Shown: positions 8,403 through 17,647 of the stretch, piece by piece
Layout of the letters: every line of letters starts with the position of its first letter
How positions within the stretch are numbered: the stretch's first letter is position 1
Assembly (NCBI RefSeq): GCF_003966335.1
Contig: NZ_CP034549.1
Location: forward strand, 1,740,001 to 1,772,000
DNA from: Nonlabens ponticola
GTDB taxonomy: Bacteria > Bacteroidota > Bacteroidia > Flavobacteriales > Flavobacteriaceae
DNA: 32,000 nt
Reading direction: 5' to 3'
Position numbers and translations under genes: made by a program
Notes under the pieces: generated by a model
What the model was told of the DNA's origin: nothing
Databases searched by the model: none
The model's input: only the letters and a program-made list of their open reading frames with translations

Positions 8403-11096
8403 ATGAGTAAAGAAAACCTAGAACAAGAAAATAACAATTTGCCGATAGAGGAACAGGCAACCGAAACCATCACACGTGTTACCGGCATGTATAAGGAATG
8501 GTTTCTGGATTATGCCAGTTATGTAATCTTAGAGCGTGCCGTACCGGCAATCGAGGACGGTTTTAAACCAGTACAGCGCCGTATCATGCAATCTATGAAA
8601 GATCTTGATGATGGTCGCTATAATAAGGTAGCCAATATTGTAGGTCACACCATGCAATATCACCCGCATGGTGATGCGTCCATAGGCGACGCGATGGTGC
8701 AGATAGGGCAGAAAGACTTGCTCATAGATATGCAGGGAAATTGGGGTAATATACTAACCGGTGATCCATCGGCTGCCTCGCGATATATTGAGGCACGATT
8801 ATCTAAGTTTGCCCTAGAGGTACTCTTCAATGCCAAAATTACCGAGTGGCAATCCAGCTATGACGGTCGCCGCAAGGAGCCCATCAATCTACCGGTAAAA
8901 TTCCCATTGCTACTCACTCAAGGCGCCGAAGGTATTGCCGTGGGTTTGAGTACCAAAGTCTTGCCACATAACTTCAACGAGATTATCGATGCCAGTATCA
9001 AGCACCTGCAAGGCAAGCGATTTAAGTTATTTCCAGATTTCCCAACAGGTGGTGAGGCAGATGTTTCCAATTATAATGATGGCATGCGTGGCGGCAAGGT
9101 GCGCGTACGTGCCAAAATGCACTCGCCAGACCGCAATACAATCATCATTACTGAGATCCCGTATTCCACGACTACTGGATCACTTATTGATTCTATCCTT
9201 AAAGCCAACGATAAAGGCAAGATCAAGATCAAAAAGATCGAGGATAACACCGCTGCAGATGTAGAAATTCAAATTCACTTGCCAGCAAACATCTCACCAG
9301 ACAAAACAATGGATGCGCTGTATGCATTTACAAATTGTGAGGTAAGTATATCGCCACTAGGTTGTGTGATTGAGGATAATAAACCACTTTTTGTAGGTGT
9401 TACAGAGATGCTGCGCCGCAGCACTGATCACACAGTAGAATTGCTACGTCAAGAATTACAAATCCAGCTGGATGAAGTCGAGTCTCAATGGCATTTTGCT
9501 TCACTGGAACGTATTTTTATTGAGAACCGTATCTATCGCGATATCGAGGAAGAAGAAACTTGGGATGGCGTGATCAATGCGATTGACAAAGGCCTCAAGC
9601 CACATATTGGACATTTAAAAAGAGCCGTCACGGTTGATGACATTGTGCGATTGACAGAAATACGCATCAAGCGCATATCAAAATTTGATATAGACAAGGC
9701 ACAGCAAAAGATTGAAGCACTTGAAGATCGCATAGCAGAACTCAAGAAAAATCTAGAGCATCTCATTGAATTTGCCATTGACTATTTCAAAAAGCTCAAG
9801 ACTGATTACGGCAAGGATCGTGGTCGCAAGACAGAGCTCAAGGCTTTTGAAGATATAGTCGCCAGTAAGGTGGTCATTAGAAATACAAAACTGTACGTCA
9901 ATCGTGAAGAAGGCTTTATAGGTACCAGTCTAAAGCGTGATGAATATGTCGCAGACTGTTCGGATATTGATGATATTATCGTTTTCACCAAAAGTGGAAC
10001 CATGATAGTCACTAAGGTTGATGCCAAGACTTTCATAGGTAAAGGCATCTTGCACGTGGCTGTTTTCAAGAAAAAGGACAAGCGCACGATCTATAATCTT
10101 ATTTATAGAGACGGTAAATCAGGACCTAGTTATGTCAAGCGATTTGCCGTGACCAGTATGACCCGTGATCGCGAGTATAGTGTTGGTAATGGCAATCCAG
10201 GAACACAGGTACATTATTTTAGTGCCAATCCTAATGGAGAGGCAGAAGTTGTGACCATTCATTTGAGACAACAAGGCAGCATCAAGAAACTGAAATGGGA
10301 TCTTGATTTCAGCGATATACTGATTAAGGGTCGATCGTCTAAGGGAAATCTGGTAAGCAAATACAGCATCAAACGTGTTGAACTAAAAGAAGAAGGCGTG
10401 AGTACGCTCAAACCACGTAAAATCTGGTTTGACGATACTGTACAAAGACTTAACGTTGATGGTCGTGGCGAACTACTGGGTGAATTTAAAGGAGAAGATC
10501 GCCTACTTATCATTAATCAAAAAGGAGTGGTGCGCACTATTATTCCAGAGGTTACTGCGCGATTTGATGAAGACATGATCGTATTAGAAAAATGGCAACC
10601 TAATAAGCCGATAAGTGCGGTTTACTTTAATGGTGAACGCGACTTATTTTACGTCAAGCGATTCTTGGTCGAGAATGAAGACAAGGAAGAACTATTCATC
10701 ACAGAGCATGATAATAGTTACTTAGAAGTGGTTTCTACAGATTATAAACCTGTCATAGAGTTGATTCACAACAAACCACGTGGCAAAGAGCAACCACCTA
10801 ATGAAGAAGTAGAGTTAGAGGAATTTATCGCTGTCAAAGGAATAACGGCACAAGGAAACATGCTGACCAAAAGCAAGATCAAGCAAATCAACCTGCTGGA
10901 TCCATTGCCACATGAGCCTGAACCAGAGATCGATCAAGAAGAACAAGCCGAACCTCAGGATGAAGAAAGTGAGTCTAATGTTGCTGATACTTCTCAATCT
11001 GAAAGTAGCACTGCGAATACTATTTCAGTAGATAAGCCGCAGGAAAGCAAGGACGATGATCCTAAGGGTGATGGCGAGCAAGGCAGTTTGTTTTAA
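8403..11096 (+). CDS. parC: DNA topoisomerase IV subunit A
   Basis: 897 aa. DGFKPVQRRIM, the HPHGD motif and the active-site region SRYIEARL are all present. It has an acidic low-complexity C-terminal tail. Confidence 0.88.
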   Translation: MSKENLEQENNNLPIEEQATETITRVTGMYKEWFLDYASYVILERAVPAIEDGFKPVQRRIMQSMKDLDDGRYNKVANIVGHTMQYHPHGDASIGDAMVQIGQKDLLIDMQGNWGNILTGDPSAASRYIEARLSKFALEVLFNAKITEWQSSYDGRRKEPINLPVKFPLLLTQGAEGIAVGLSTKVLPHNFNEIIDASIKHLQGKRFKLFPDFPTGGEADVSNYNDGMRGGKVRVRAKMHSPDRNTIIITEIPYSTTTGSLIDSILKANDKGKIKIKKIEDNTAADVEIQIHLPANISPDKTMDALYAFTNCEVSISPLGCVIEDNKPLFVGVTEMLRRSTDHTVELLRQELQIQLDEVESQWHFASLERIFIENRIYRDIEEEETWDGVINAIDKGLKPHIGHLKRAVTVDDIVRLTEIRIKRISKFDIDKAQQKIEALEDRIAELKKNLEHLIEFAIDYFKKLKTDYGKDRGRKTELKAFEDIVASKVVIRNTKLYVNREEGFIGTSLKRDEYVADCSDIDDIIVFTKSGTMIVTKVDAKTFIGKGILHVAVFKKKDKRTIYNLIYRDGKSGPSYVKRFAVTSMTRDREYSVGNGNPGTQVHYFSANPNGEAEVVTIHLRQQGSIKKLKWDLDFSDILIKGRSSKGNLVSKYSIKRVELKEEGVSTLKPRKIWFDDTVQRLNVDGRGELLGEFKGEDRLLIINQKGVVRTIIPEVTARFDEDMIVLEKWQPNKPISAVYFNGERDLFYVKRFLVENEDKEELFITEHDNSYLEVVSTDYKPVIELIHNKPRGKEQPPNEEVELEEFIAVKGITAQGNMLTKSKIKQINLLDPLPHEPEPEIDQEEQAEPQDEESESNVADTSQSESSTANTISVDKPQESKDDDPKGDGEQGSLF

Positions 11097-11121
11097 TGTA
11101 GAGAAGATTTAGGGTAATTTT

Positions 11122-11135
11122 GCTTTCGCGAAAGC
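11122..11135. repeat. GCTTTCGCGAAAGC palindrome copy, 31 nt upstream of mscL and fused to a TAATTTTG -7-like box
   Basis: Exact 14-nt palindrome. The 19 nt tgctttcgcgaaagcggaa are identical to the intragenic copy at 15439-15457. Confidence 0.7.
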
Positions 11136-11165
11136 GGAATAGTTCCCATTATAACAACAAATAAT

Positions 11166-11612
11166 ATGGCTTTAGGACTACTTAAGGAATTCAAGGAATT
11201 TGCCGTAAAGGGCAACATGATCGACATGGCGGTAGGTATCATTATAGGTACTGCGTTTAACAATGTGGTGCAGACTATTGTGAAAAAAGTGATGCTGCCA
11301 CCACTTACCTTGATTACTGATGGTATAAGCTTTGCAGAGCGCAAATGGATTTTGCGAGATGCAGTGATTAATGAAGCTGGTGAGACCACGGCTGCTGAGG
11401 TGGCCATAGGTTATGGAGAACTCATTGAGGTGAGCATCGATTTTCTGGTGATAGGATTTACGGTATTTGTAGTGGTAAAACTTATGAACCAGTTGAGAAA
11501 TAGGGCAGAAGATACTAAGGATAAAGAAGTAGTGACACCCAAGGATATTGAGTTGTTAAGTGACCTTAAAGGGCTCATGCAGGAACAAAATAAGCTGCTG
11601 GCTCAAAAATAG
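11166..11612 (+). CDS. mscL: Large-conductance mechanosensitive channel
   Basis: LLKEFKEFAVKGNMIDMAVGIIIGTAFNNVVQTIVKKVMLPP is the canonical MscL N-terminus and TM1. Confidence 0.9.
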   Translation: MALGLLKEFKEFAVKGNMIDMAVGIIIGTAFNNVVQTIVKKVMLPPLTLITDGISFAERKWILRDAVINEAGETTAAEVAIGYGELIEVSIDFLVIGFTVFVVVKLMNQLRNRAEDTKDKEVVTPKDIELLSDLKGLMQEQNKLLAQK

Positions 11613-11615
11613 CGT

Positions 11616-11993
11616 CTATTCTACCTTTCTGGCTTCACCTCGATAGATCTCGTCGCGACCTGATTGTGTGAATTCAAATGTGTAAGAATTTGCTGTGGTG
11701 TTCAATATTTTGAAGAGATAAGCGCGGCTGTCTGCGTTTGTTTTGGGATTTACCGGTATGATACGCCATTCGCACTCGTTGACCCATTCCACTCGTGATG
11801 TATCGGTCACACCTTCAAAGGTTTCTATTTGCATATCCTCTGTTCTAACAAAAGTGGTTTTGAGTAGCTTGCCACCGGACTCTTGTTCCCACACAAAAGT
11901 ACCTGTCCTGAAATCGTCACAATCTCGCTGATTCTCGTATTGTTTACAGGCAATACAACTAACGAGCAGTAGTAAAAGGAAAGTCTTTTTCAT
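11616..11993 (-). CDS. Small lipoprotein of unknown function
   Basis: The ATG at 11993 gives MKKTFLLLLLVSCIACK (lipobox). The longer track ORF (to 12113) is an upstream extension through the neighbouring gene. Confidence 0.5.
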   Translation of the reverse strand: MKKTFLLLLLVSCIACKQYENQRDCDDFRTGTFVWEQESGGKLLKTTFVRTEDMQIETFEGVTDTSRVEWVNECEWRIIPVNPKTNADSRAYLFKILNTTANSYTFEFTQSGRDEIYRGEARKVE

Positions 11994-12567
11994 TGTGGTT
12001 TTTGAATAGATAATACAAGATAGCATAGACCAACATGTGTACAAATACCAATGCGATAAAAGCGTACACGGGAACGCCAAAGATCTGATAAGGCCAATAG
12101 TATTGCCATACACCAGCGGCGATAGCGATCATCTCACCATACGCAGGTATCACAATAGTCAAAAAGATCATGAGCAACACCTGATTTGTGAAAGATGGAT
12201 TTTTAAGACATGGCGTCAGTTTTTTTTCTAATCTATATAGGTAATGAAAGGCAAGCATCCATGCAAAAGGTAACCACGCTGGCAAGCTTACTGTTACATC
12301 ATTGTATTCCCAGTAATCGTTTGACGTGCCCCAATATTCACCAATGAGTCCAAAGATGCCTGTTAAAATCATTCCAGTAAATAAAATCCAATTATTCTCA
12401 CCTGTCTTGAACACTTTCTTGTAGCAAACATGTGCCACACGCAAAAAAAGAATCGCAGCCAGCACCCAATGATATTCTCTCAATAAACCTAGGAGTAAAC
12501 CAGCAATGGTGAGTTTGCCTAAATTCTTAAGGATTTCTAGAAAAAAAGTTTTGGGTTGTGATAGCAT
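11959..12567 (-). CDS. Polytopic integral membrane protein of unknown function
   Basis: ATG at 12567 (MLSQPKTFF...). It has several hydrophobic segments. Its 3' end overlaps the lipoprotein start by 35 nt. Confidence 0.5.
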   Translation of the reverse strand: MLSQPKTFFLEILKNLGKLTIAGLLLGLLREYHWVLAAILFLRVAHVCYKKVFKTGENNWILFTGMILTGIFGLIGEYWGTSNDYWEYNDVTVSLPAWLPFAWMLAFHYLYRLEKKLTPCLKNPSFTNQVLLMIFLTIVIPAYGEMIAIAAGVWQYYWPYQIFGVPVYAFIALVFVHMLVYAILYYLFKNHNEKDFPFTTAR

Positions 12568-12647
12568 CTTGAACTTTGTGCAAAAATACTTTATAAAGCA
12601 AGCATGTAGATATGGACGGATAATAAATGTCAAAACCGTCTAGTCCA

Positions 12648-13106
12648 TCATTTAGAGGTTAACTCTTCAAAAGTACCGTCGTTATATATCAAAATCACTT
12701 TTGATATATTTTTCCCTTTATTTATTTGATTAGATGATGGCGTGTTGTCAGTTACGATCGTTTTGTTTTGTGTAGGATCTGTCGGCTTTTTGATTTCCTC
12801 TTTAGATACATTTACTTTGATTGCCTCTGTTTTTTCTTCTACCTTGGAATTAACGGTTGCAGATTCTTTTGATTTTTTAATGGTAGAGTAGTCGTCTTTA
12901 CCATTCAATAACCAGTCATAAGTGATGCCGTCAAACTGATCAACTACACTCATCACAAAATCTAGACTAGGCTTGTTGCGACCTGAAAGTATGTGCGAGA
13001 TAGAGCTGCGACCCACGCCTATGAGCTGCGCAAAACTCGACGCATTAAGGTCGTGAGCGTCCATTATTTGCTCTAATCGCTTAGAAAATCTTTGTGAATC
13101 TGTCAT
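12648..13106 (-). CDS. XRE-family helix-turn-helix transcriptional regulator
   Basis: ATG at 13106 (MTDSQRFSKRLEQIMD). The HTH is SSFAQLIGVGRSSISHILSGRNKPSLDFV. The linker is low-complexity and the C-terminal end is ILIYNDGTFEEL. Confidence 0.75.
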   Translation of the reverse strand: MTDSQRFSKRLEQIMDAHDLNASSFAQLIGVGRSSISHILSGRNKPSLDFVMSVVDQFDGITYDWLLNGKDDYSTIKKSKESATVNSKVEEKTEAIKVNVSKEEIKKPTDPTQNKTIVTDNTPSSNQINKGKNISKVILIYNDGTFEELTSK

Positions 13107-13109
13107 GAC

Positions 13110-13405
13110 TACAAATGTAGCAATTGATAAAATCATAAACGCTCAATTATGTTTACAATTGTACAATTTGCGGTTAATTCACGCCTATTGATAGCGTAAC
13201 TAGATAAACTATCAGTTTAGATAAAACATTCTATTATTCTGAATTAAAGAATAGTATGATATATTGTTTTGACAAGTTTTAAAAGTAGCAAGAGTTCACA
13301 GCAATCATCACCAACTTGATCATCTTGACGTTCACATATGTAACACAATCAATATCAATCTTTGTTTACAAATGTAACAAACGCATTGTTTGCAATTGTA
13401 AACGC
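13110..13405. promoter_or_regulatory. Cluster of four operator-like TTTRCAAWTGTAA half-palindromic sites in the divergent intergenic region
   Basis: tacaaatgtagcaattg (13110-13126), gtttacaattgtacaa (13151-13166), tgtttacaaatgtaacaa (13363-13380) and tgtttgcaattgtaaacg (13388-13405). Confidence 0.4.
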
Positions 13406-13476
13406 CGCCAAGATGTCTAGCGAACCACCGAATATTAGTACTTTTGGCGACTCATAATTATTTGTGCTTTTTGTCA

Positions 13477-14571
13477 ATGATCAACTTACCTAGATATTAT
13501 ACCTACCAGCAATTTGAGAATGTCTTTATGAAAGTTGTAGAGCAACTGCCTCAAGATTTCTATAGGTTCTCATACCTAGGTTCATCAGTTCAGGATAGAT
13601 CGATTTACGGTATTGAATTAGGAAACGGAAACACTAAAATTTTGGCATGGTCTCAAATGCACGGTAATGAATCATCCTCTACACGAGCGATCATCAAATT
13701 ACTTCAAGATGCAGATTTGGTTGAGATATTGAAGAATGTAAGATTATATATTATTCCTGTTTTAAATCCAGATGGTGCAGACGCCTGGACACGATTCAAT
13801 GCAAATGGCGTAGACTTAAATCGAGATGCTGTAGATCTTACTCAGCCTGAAAGTGATATTTTAAGAGAGGCGATAGATTTTTTTGAGCCAGATGTTGCTT
13901 TCAATCTACATGGTCAGCGATCCATATATGGTACAACTAACTCTAGCTTACCAGCCCAAATGTCATTTTTATCTCCAGCAGCAGATAAAGGAAAGAGCAT
14001 CACACCTGCAAGAATCAAATCCATGGCGGTAATAAATGCTATACTTGGTACAGTTGGTAATAAGATACCAGCAAGCATTGCGAGATATGGTGACGACTTT
14101 AATATAAACTGCATAGGCGATTACTGTCAATCTTTAGGAATACCGACGGTATTGTTTGAGTCTGGACATGCAGGTAACGATTATTCTAGAGACGCCGTTA
14201 CTGATTATACGTTAGATGCTATTAAAGTTGCAATCCGTTACGCTGACGATCTCAGTGTTATTAGTGAAGATGAAGTGGTACAGCAATATCAACAAATACC
14301 GGATATAAAGGCGAATTACTGTGACATCCTAATACATAACGTACCGCAAAATGACAGACTTGCCACAATTGCTGTAATGTATCATGAGCAAATAGTTGAT
14401 GACAAGCTCTTGTTCATACCTATGGTCTATGCGATCAATCCAAAAGAGATTTTATATGGTCATCGATCAATTGATTTAAACGAGTTTAAAGATTTTAATG
14501 ACGATCTGGTTATTGAGGATTCCATGCGAGTGAGTAGCACATCGCTGGACATCGACATATTTACTAATTAA
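13477..14571 (+). CDS. M14-family zinc carboxypeptidase-like protein
   Basis: The HGNE (HxxE) zinc motif sits in WSQMHGNESSSTRAI, followed by PVLNPDGA and NLHGQ. ATG at 13477; the track start at 13444 is a TTG. Confidence 0.7.
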   Translation: MINLPRYYTYQQFENVFMKVVEQLPQDFYRFSYLGSSVQDRSIYGIELGNGNTKILAWSQMHGNESSSTRAIIKLLQDADLVEILKNVRLYIIPVLNPDGADAWTRFNANGVDLNRDAVDLTQPESDILREAIDFFEPDVAFNLHGQRSIYGTTNSSLPAQMSFLSPAADKGKSITPARIKSMAVINAILGTVGNKIPASIARYGDDFNINCIGDYCQSLGIPTVLFESGHAGNDYSRDAVTDYTLDAIKVAIRYADDLSVISEDEVVQQYQQIPDIKANYCDILIHNVPQNDRLATIAVMYHEQIVDDKLLFIPMVYAINPKEILYGHRSIDLNEFKDFNDDLVIEDSMRVSSTSLDIDIFTN

Positions 14572-14647
14572 GTGATAAACCTTCAATAAAATTAGGTATT
14601 CGTTGATGTGAATAGTTATTTTGTATTAAATCATAAAGAATATTTCT

Positions 14648-15121
14648 ATGGCCAAGATTGATGACATTGATAAGCAAATACTCGATGTGTTAATTGAAAA
14701 TACAAGAACTCCATTTACAGATATTGCCAAACGGCTCAATATTAGTGCAGGAACGGTACACGTGCGAGTGAAGAAGATGGAAGAGTCAGGAATCATTCAC
14801 GGTTCTTCATTAACGGTAGATTACAAACAACTAGGCTATAATTTTATTGCGTACATAGGCGTCTATCTAGAAAAGACTAGTCAGACACAATTTGTATTGG
14901 GCCGCATAAAGGAGATTCCTTATGTTACAGTTGCCCATATCACGACAGGTAAATTCAACATCTTCTGTAAGATAAGAGCAAAGGACACTACTCACGCCAA
15001 GAAAATTATTTTCATCCTCGACGATATAGAAGGTGTTAACCGCACAGAGACTATGATAAGTCTTGAGGAAAGTATCAATGATAAGAAGCGATTGCTGCAC
15101 AAGGTTTTTCAAGACCTATAA
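14648..15121 (+). CDS. Lrp/AsnC-family transcriptional regulator
   Basis: DKQILDVLIENTRTPFTDIAKRLNISAGTVHVRVKKMEESGII is the HTH, followed by a C-terminal RAM-like domain. Confidence 0.9.
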   Translation: MAKIDDIDKQILDVLIENTRTPFTDIAKRLNISAGTVHVRVKKMEESGIIHGSSLTVDYKQLGYNFIAYIGVYLEKTSQTQFVLGRIKEIPYVTVAHITTGKFNIFCKIRAKDTTHAKKIIFILDDIEGVNRTETMISLEESINDKKRLLHKVFQDL

Positions 15122-15637
15122 ATGATATTTAGAAGAGATATCCAGCCGCGAGAATATGCGGCCTATTATGAGCCTTACATAAATACTGTTTCTGGGGACA
15201 CAACAATGGTAGATGCTCTAGAATCGTCTTTAGTAAGCTGCTCCACAATACTTCAAGACATCATCAAACCTATGGATTATCGCTACGGCGATGATAAATG
15301 GACGATAGGACAATTGGTCTCGCATTGCATAGATACTGAGCGTATTTTCAATTATCGAGCACTTGCTTTTTTGAGAGATGATGCAGCCATGATTCCTGGT
15401 TTTGATCAGGATATTTATGCCAACAGTTTGAACGATTATGCTTTCGCGAAAGCGGAACTACTAAAATCCATGAAGGTGGTAAGAGCTGCAACGCTAGATT
15501 TATTTACTACTGCAAACCCTATGGCGATGCTCAAAACAGGTGTTGCTAGCGACAATATAATGTCAGTGAGAGCTATACCATTTATAATAGCAGGACATTA
15601 CAACCACCATTTCCATATTTTGAAGGAGCGTTATTAA
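15122..15637 (+). CDS. DinB-family protein
   Basis: 171 aa, starting 1 nt after the Lrp stop. Histidine-containing four-helix pattern (SHCIDTERIF ... AGHYNHHFHIL). It contains an in-frame GCTTTCGCGAAAGC copy at 15440-15453. Confidence 0.7.
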   Translation: MIFRRDIQPREYAAYYEPYINTVSGDTTMVDALESSLVSCSTILQDIIKPMDYRYGDDKWTIGQLVSHCIDTERIFNYRALAFLRDDAAMIPGFDQDIYANSLNDYAFAKAELLKSMKVVRAATLDLFTTANPMAMLKTGVASDNIMSVRAIPFIIAGHYNHHFHILKERY

Positions 15638-15752
15638 CGCGAATTAAGACTTGCTAGAAGATTTTACCTATTCCCTAAGTATTTCTTCCGTTGCCTTTAA
15701 CCCTTCTAAGTCCTTTTGTTTTAGAAATTTGGAACATCTAAAAATTAAAATC

Positions 15753-16298
15753 ATGAAAAAGGTAGCTATACTAGCCACAAATGGCTTTGAAGAAGTAGAA
15801 TTGACCAGCCCAAAAGAAGCGCTTGAGAGTAAAGGCGTCGCTGTACACATCATAAGTCCAGAAAAGGGCGAGATCAAAGCATGGAAAGATGGTAATTGGT
15901 CTAAATCATACAAAGTTGACAAACAGGTCGAGGAAGTAAGTGCTACTGACTACAATGCCTTGTTGCTACCTGGTGGCGTGCTCAATCCCGATCAGTTGAG
16001 GCAAGATGCAAAATCCATCGATTTTATCAAAGATTTTTTCAAGCAAGGAAAACCAGTGAGCGCTATATGCCATGGCTTACAAACCCTAATCGATGCTGAC
16101 GTATTAAAAGGTAGAAAGGTGACTTCTTTTCCTTCAATTAAAAAAGATCTTGAAAATGCAGGCGCACATTGGGTTGATGAAGAAGTAGTGGTGGATTCAG
16201 GATTCACCACAAGTAGAACTCCAGACGATTTACCAGCCTTCAACAAGAAAGTGGTTGAGGAAGTTATGGAAGGAAAGCATGAAGAACAACATGCATAA
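15753..16298 (+). CDS. DJ-1/PfpI-family (type 1 glutamine amidotransferase-like) protein
   Basis: ATG at 15753 gives MKKVAILATNGFEEVE. The nucleophile elbow AICHG is present. The track start at 15651 is an upstream extension. Confidence 0.85.
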   Translation: MKKVAILATNGFEEVELTSPKEALESKGVAVHIISPEKGEIKAWKDGNWSKSYKVDKQVEEVSATDYNALLLPGGVLNPDQLRQDAKSIDFIKDFFKQGKPVSAICHGLQTLIDADVLKGRKVTSFPSIKKDLENAGAHWVDEEVVVDSGFTTSRTPDDLPAFNKKVVEEVMEGKHEEQHA

Positions 16299-16319
16299 AA
16301 ATTGAATTGATATCAAATA

Positions 16320-16345
16320 AAAGGCTCGCAATTGCGAGCCTTTTT
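16320..16345. terminator. Bidirectional terminator between convergent genes
   Basis: aaaaggctcgc-aatt-gcgagccttttt. Confidence 0.65.
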
Positions 16346-16367
16346 ACATCTATAAAATGCTAATCAC

Positions 16368-17483
16368 TTATTGATTCAGCATTACTGGCATAACTAGCAT
16401 GGTGACGTTTTCACCTTCTTCAAGTCCGTCAACCGGTGTCAAGATTCCTGCGCGATTAGGCAAGGACATTTCTAGCGAGACATCGTCACAAGTCAAGTTG
16501 TTGAGCATCTCAATCAAGAATCTACTATTGAAGCCTATTTGCATGTCATCACCTTGATAATCGCAGGTCAGGCGCTCATCTGCCTTATTACTGTAGTCTA
16601 GATCTTCTGCAGAAATGTTCAATTCTGCACCAGCCATTTTAAGGCGTATCTGGTGTGTCGTTTTATTAGAGAAGATACTAACCCTGCGTACTGAGTTTAA
16701 GAACTGTGTACGTGATATCGTGAGTTTGTTAGGGTTCTCCTTAGGAATTACAGCTTCATAATTAGGATATTTACCATCTATCAATCGGCAGATGATCGTT
16801 GTATTCTCATAGGTGAATTGAGCGTTGCTCTCATTGTATTGAACAAGAACTTCAGCTTCATTACCTTGAAGTATAGACTTGAGAATGTTTAATGGCTTTT
16901 TAGGCATGATAAATTCTGCCGTGTCTTGAGCACTCACGTCTTCTCGTCTATAGCGTACTAGCTTGTGTGCATCGGTAGCTACAAAGGTCAATCCATCGCT
17001 CGCAAATTGAAAAAACACACCGCTCATCACTGGTCTTAGGTCATCATTACCAGCAGCAAATATCGTTTTATTGATCGCTGTTGCTAGCGTGTCACCCATA
17101 ATCGTAGTGCTGCTAGGATCTGTAAGAGTTACTGTTTTAGGAAATTCCTCAGCAAGCGCACAGGCAATCTCTGACTTACCTTTATCATGACTCACAGTCA
17201 TCATATTATCTTCACTGTGAAAGGTAAGCGGCTGCTCTGGAAATGTCTTGAGTGTATCTAGAAGTAATTTTGCTGGAACCGCAATGTTTCCATCGTCCTG
17301 GCTCTCCACTTCTAATCTAGTGGTGATTGTCGTCTCCATGTCAGATGCTGACACCTTTAACTCACTACCTTTTAACTCTAGTAAAAAATTGTCTAGGATA
17401 GGTAAGGTGTTGTTATTATTTATCACGCCACCTAACAGCTGTAGATTTTTTTGTAAGTAAGAACTAGAAACAATAAACTTCAT
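16368..17483 (-). CDS. dnaN: DNA polymerase III beta subunit (sliding clamp)
   Basis: 371 aa. The N-terminus MKFIVSSSYLQKNLQLLGGVI...NTLPILDNFLLEL and the C-terminal end MLVMPVMLN are typical of DnaN. Confidence 0.95.
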   Translation of the reverse strand: MKFIVSSSYLQKNLQLLGGVINNNNTLPILDNFLLELKGSELKVSASDMETTITTRLEVESQDDGNIAVPAKLLLDTLKTFPEQPLTFHSEDNMMTVSHDKGKSEIACALAEEFPKTVTLTDPSSTTIMGDTLATAINKTIFAAGNDDLRPVMSGVFFQFASDGLTFVATDAHKLVRYRREDVSAQDTAEFIMPKKPLNILKSILQGNEAEVLVQYNESNAQFTYENTTIICRLIDGKYPNYEAVIPKENPNKLTISRTQFLNSVRRVSIFSNKTTHQIRLKMAGAELNISAEDLDYSNKADERLTCDYQGDDMQIGFNSRFLIEMLNNLTCDDVSLEMSLPNRAGILTPVDGLEEGENVTMLVMPVMLNQ

Positions 17484-17647
17484 CTTCTATAAATAAATTT
17501 GAATACCATGTTAATTAAATGTAAAGAATATGGTATAGATTTTGTAACTATATAATTAAATTGCGACTATGCAATTGAAGACAAAGATATTTTTTAATTG
17601 ACCATTTAAAAAGTTTCTTATTAACAAATAGACCATACTTATACAAT

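Noticed and set aside
8989-10997. Several ORFs inside parC on both strands (8989..9264, 9533..9778, 9806..10087, 10259..10513, 10815..10997)
   Set aside because: All are embedded in the 897-aa ParC frame, which carries canonical topoisomerase motifs. They are frame-shadow ORFs.
11093-11407. 104-aa minus-strand ORF
   Set aside because: It is antisense to mscL, whose product is unmistakable.
16368-17647. Possible replication origin next to dnaN
   Set aside because: No dnaA gene is present, and I could find no cluster of DnaA-box-like TTATCCACA/TGTGGATAA sequences in the flanking AT-rich spacer. dnaN is often unlinked from oriC in Bacteroidota.
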